Shown here one piece after another: positions 61,409 through 64,000 of a stretch of 64,000 bases of DNA. The stretch lies in the NCBI GenBank assembly GCA_965206695.1, contig CBDBKM010000011.1, forward strand, positions 409,045-473,044. The letters are read 5' to 3'. The translations under genes were made by a program, and so were the position numbers. This DNA is from Chlamydiales bacterium. Its GTDB lineage: Bacteria > Chlamydiota > Chlamydiia > Chlamydiales > JAAZZY01. The notes beneath the pieces were generated by a model, which was given only the letters and a program-made list of their open reading frames with translations, was not told the DNA's origin and ran no database searches. The stretch's first letter is position 1. Each line of letters opens with the position of its first letter.

Positions 61409-62810
61409 TTATATATGAATCGATTTTTCCAAGACAGCTAGCGCTGCTTCCTTAATCGCTTCAGAAAATGTGGGATGAGGAAAGCAAATATGAGCTAATT
61501 GCTTAGCTGTCATCTTCTGTTCAATTGCTATGGCTCCGATTGGGATTAATTCGGACGCATGAGTTGATAAAATATGCATACCGATAATTTGATGAGTTGA
61601 AGTTTCAGCAATGATTTTGACCAATCCGTCCGTTTCCCCAATGCAATGAGCTCTTGAATTGCCTTTCAAAGAAAAACTACCTACTTTAACCTGCAAACCA
61701 TTTTTTTCAGCTGTTTCCTTAGTGAATCCTACACCGGCTGATTCCGGAGAAGTATAAATAACGTTAGGAATGGTGTGGTAATTAACAGTAGGTCTCTCAT
61801 TAGCAATGAATTCCACTACAGCCAATCCTTCTTCCGATGCTTTATGGGCTAACATAGGTCCATTAATAAGGTCTCCAACGGCAAATATATGAGAATAGTT
61901 GGTTCTAAGACTCGGATCAACTATTATTCGCCCCTTCTCATCTTGCTTTATATCGACATGGTCAAGACCTAATTCCTTGAAATAAGGTCTACGCCCAACA
62001 CAAACTAAAGCCACATCTCCTTGTTCTTTAAATGTTTCATTGTTACTGTTCTCTAAAGTTAAAACAACCTGATCTCCTTGAATCTCTCCATTTGTTACCT
62101 TAGTAGAAAGATGAAAAAACATACCTTGCTCCTTCAAGATGTGAAGGTGCAGCTTGGCAATATCAGGATCACAAAAACCACCAATATGATCCGATAATTC
62201 TATAAAGATAACCTCTGATCCCAAACGTTGATAGACGGATCCCAGTTCTAAACCTATAGCACCGGATCCAATAACCAACAATTTTTTTAGGTACTTCGGA
62301 TAAAGCTAAAGCCCCTGTTGAAGATAATATTTTTTTCTCATCAAATGGGAGAAAAGGTAATCCAATGGGTTCTGAACCGGTCGCCAGTATGATATGAGCC
62401 GCTTCAACTTCTTCGGTTTGATCGCCTTTGATAACTTGCATCTTATTGGGAGAAATAAATTTAGCCACCCCTTCCAGCCGTGTAATCTTATTTTTTTTCA
62501 ATAGACCTTTGATTCCCATATTCAATCCACTAATCACTTGGGATTTAGATTGCATTAAAGTATTCAACTGCATAGAAAAATCTTTGAATTGAAGACCAAA
62601 AGAAGGACCCTTTTCTTTATCATGAAAAAATTGTTCTGAAAAATGTAATAAGGTTTTAGATGGTATACAACCAACGTTAAGACAAGTACCCCCATTATTT
62701 GGCTCTTTCTCAACAATCACCGTATTAAGCCCCAGCTGAGCCGCTCTAATTGCGCTTACATAACCTCCGGGACCTGCACCAACAATTAAAACATCACACT
62801 TTTGAGACAT
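61409..62810 (-). pseudogene. lpdA: Dihydrolipoamide dehydrogenase with a +1 homopolymer frameshift (may be a sequencing error)
   Basis: GAGPGG, GGTCLNVGCIPSK, HPTFSE; removing one A at 62282-62288 gives VPKKLLVIGSG. Confidence 0.88.
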
Positions 62811-62851
62811 TGAATCATACTCCTACATGTTTATTTTATTAGATATTGTTA

Positions 62852-64000
62852 CTAAAGATCGATCAAAAGGCAAGAAGGATCTGATATGGTTTGAGAAACA
62901 TGAACAAGAAATGAAATAGCTTCTTTCCCATCTACAATTCGATGATCATACGAAAGAGCCAGATACATTATGGGACGAATGACAACCGCCCCATCTCCGG
63001 CAACAGGTCTTTCTACTATACTATGCATACCTAAAATACCACTTTGAGGTGGGTTTAAGATAGGAGTGGACAACATAGATCCATACACACCACCATTACT
63101 GATAGTAAAGCACCCCCCTTCCAGATCTCCTAATGTAATTCTTCCCTTTTTAGCCTTCTGAGCATAGTCTACAATGGCTTTTTCGATATCGGCAAAACTT
63201 AAAAGATCACAATTTCTAACAACAGGAACAATCAATCCTCGATCACTACCAATAGCGATTCCAATATCATAATATTGACGCGTCACCATATCTTCATTAT
63301 CAATATAACTATTTAAAAGAGGAAAAGCTTTCAAAGCGCTCACCACCGCTTTGACAAAAAAAGACATCAAACCTAATCGAACCCCATATACCTTTTCAAA
63401 AGATTCTTTATGTTTTTTTCTTACTTCAATAATTTGACCCATATCAGCTTCGCTAAAAGTTGTTAGCATCGCCGTATTATGTTTTGATTCTAAAAGTCTG
63501 TTAGCGATGACTTTCCGAATTTTAGTCATTGGGGCTCTTACCTCTCTATTAGAGGCAGGCTTCTGCTTTTCTGCAGAAGCTTCTATAGAAGGCTTTGTCA
63601 CTACTTTTTCAATCACTTTTTTAGATTGTTTAATATCAGAGACAAAATCCTGTTCTTCATAACGTATTTTATCGGTTAATTTTTCATCTGTTGTAGGTAA
63701 GAGTGCTTGTTTAGGAGCTTCTTCTTCAACCGGTGGAGGGGGGGTATTTTGTACCTCTTGAGCTTTTAGCGGTGCCTCTTGAGGTGGAGATGATGCAGCT
63801 TGAACATCCGGATCGACAGATCCAATCACTTGACCTATTTGAACCGTATCATTAATCGAAACTGTCCAAGTAATTTTTCCCGCTGCAGGGGAAAAAATAA
63901 CCTGATTAACTTTTTCAGTCTCTAATTCCAACACCTCTTCATCTGCCTGTACGATAGCACCATCTTCTTTTAAAAAAGCACTAACAGTAGCTTCGGATAT
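62852..64000 (-). CDS. sucB: 2-oxoglutarate dehydrogenase E2; 5' end outside the window
   Basis: Lipoyl [32 protein letters not shown]. Confidence 0.92.
   Translation of the reverse strand: MSEATVSAFLKEDGAIVQADEEVLELETEKVNQVIFSPAAGKITWTVSINDTVQIGQVIGSVDPDVQAASSPPQEAPLKAQEVQNTPPPPVEEEAPKQALLPTTDEKLTDKIRYEEQDFVSDIKQSKKVIEKVVTKPSIEASAEKQKPASNREVRAPMTKIRKVIANRLLESKHNTAMLTTFSEADMGQIIEVRKKHKESFEKVYGVRLGLMSFFVKAVVSALKAFPLLNSYIDNEDMVTRQYYDIGIAIGSDRGLIVPVVRNCDLLSFADIEKAIVDYAQKAKKGRITLGDLEGGCFTISNGGVYGSMLSTPILNPPQSGILGMHSIVERPVAGDGAVVIRPIMYLALSYDHRIVDGKEAISFLVHVSQTISDPSCLLIDL

Overview
AT-rich chromosome segment, almost certainly from an environmental member of Chlamydiota. The evidence is the chlamydia-type gene orders rpmE-prfA-prmC-ffh-rpsP-trmD-rplS-rnhB and smpB/dnaN-recF, plus a NUE-like SET protein and Inc-like orphans. 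Roughly a third of the window is insertion sequence: IS630 (at least 5 types), IS30, IS5, IS1380, IS1634, ISAs1, IS256, ISNCY and IS200/IS605. These are often nested 3-4 deep and come with several MITE families. Main observations: (1) a strong directional CTGG/CCAG->CCGG sequence bias that breaks conserved codons in dead transposons but spares Trp codons in the intact genes checked, suggesting very-short-patch repair linked to a CCGG methylase; (2) a family of ORF-less IS605 derivatives that keep the TnpB omega-RNA scaffold, each with a different flanking guide, with TAM TTAT derived from reconstructed empty sites; (3) a shared TTAA-N7-TTAA-N11-[-10] promoter architecture upstream of four orphan, effector-like genes, including an atypical kinase-like protein and a NUMOD3-repeat protein; (4) an 80-bp palindromic MITE that rewrote a protein C-terminus. 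All calls come from manual reading; no database searches were run.
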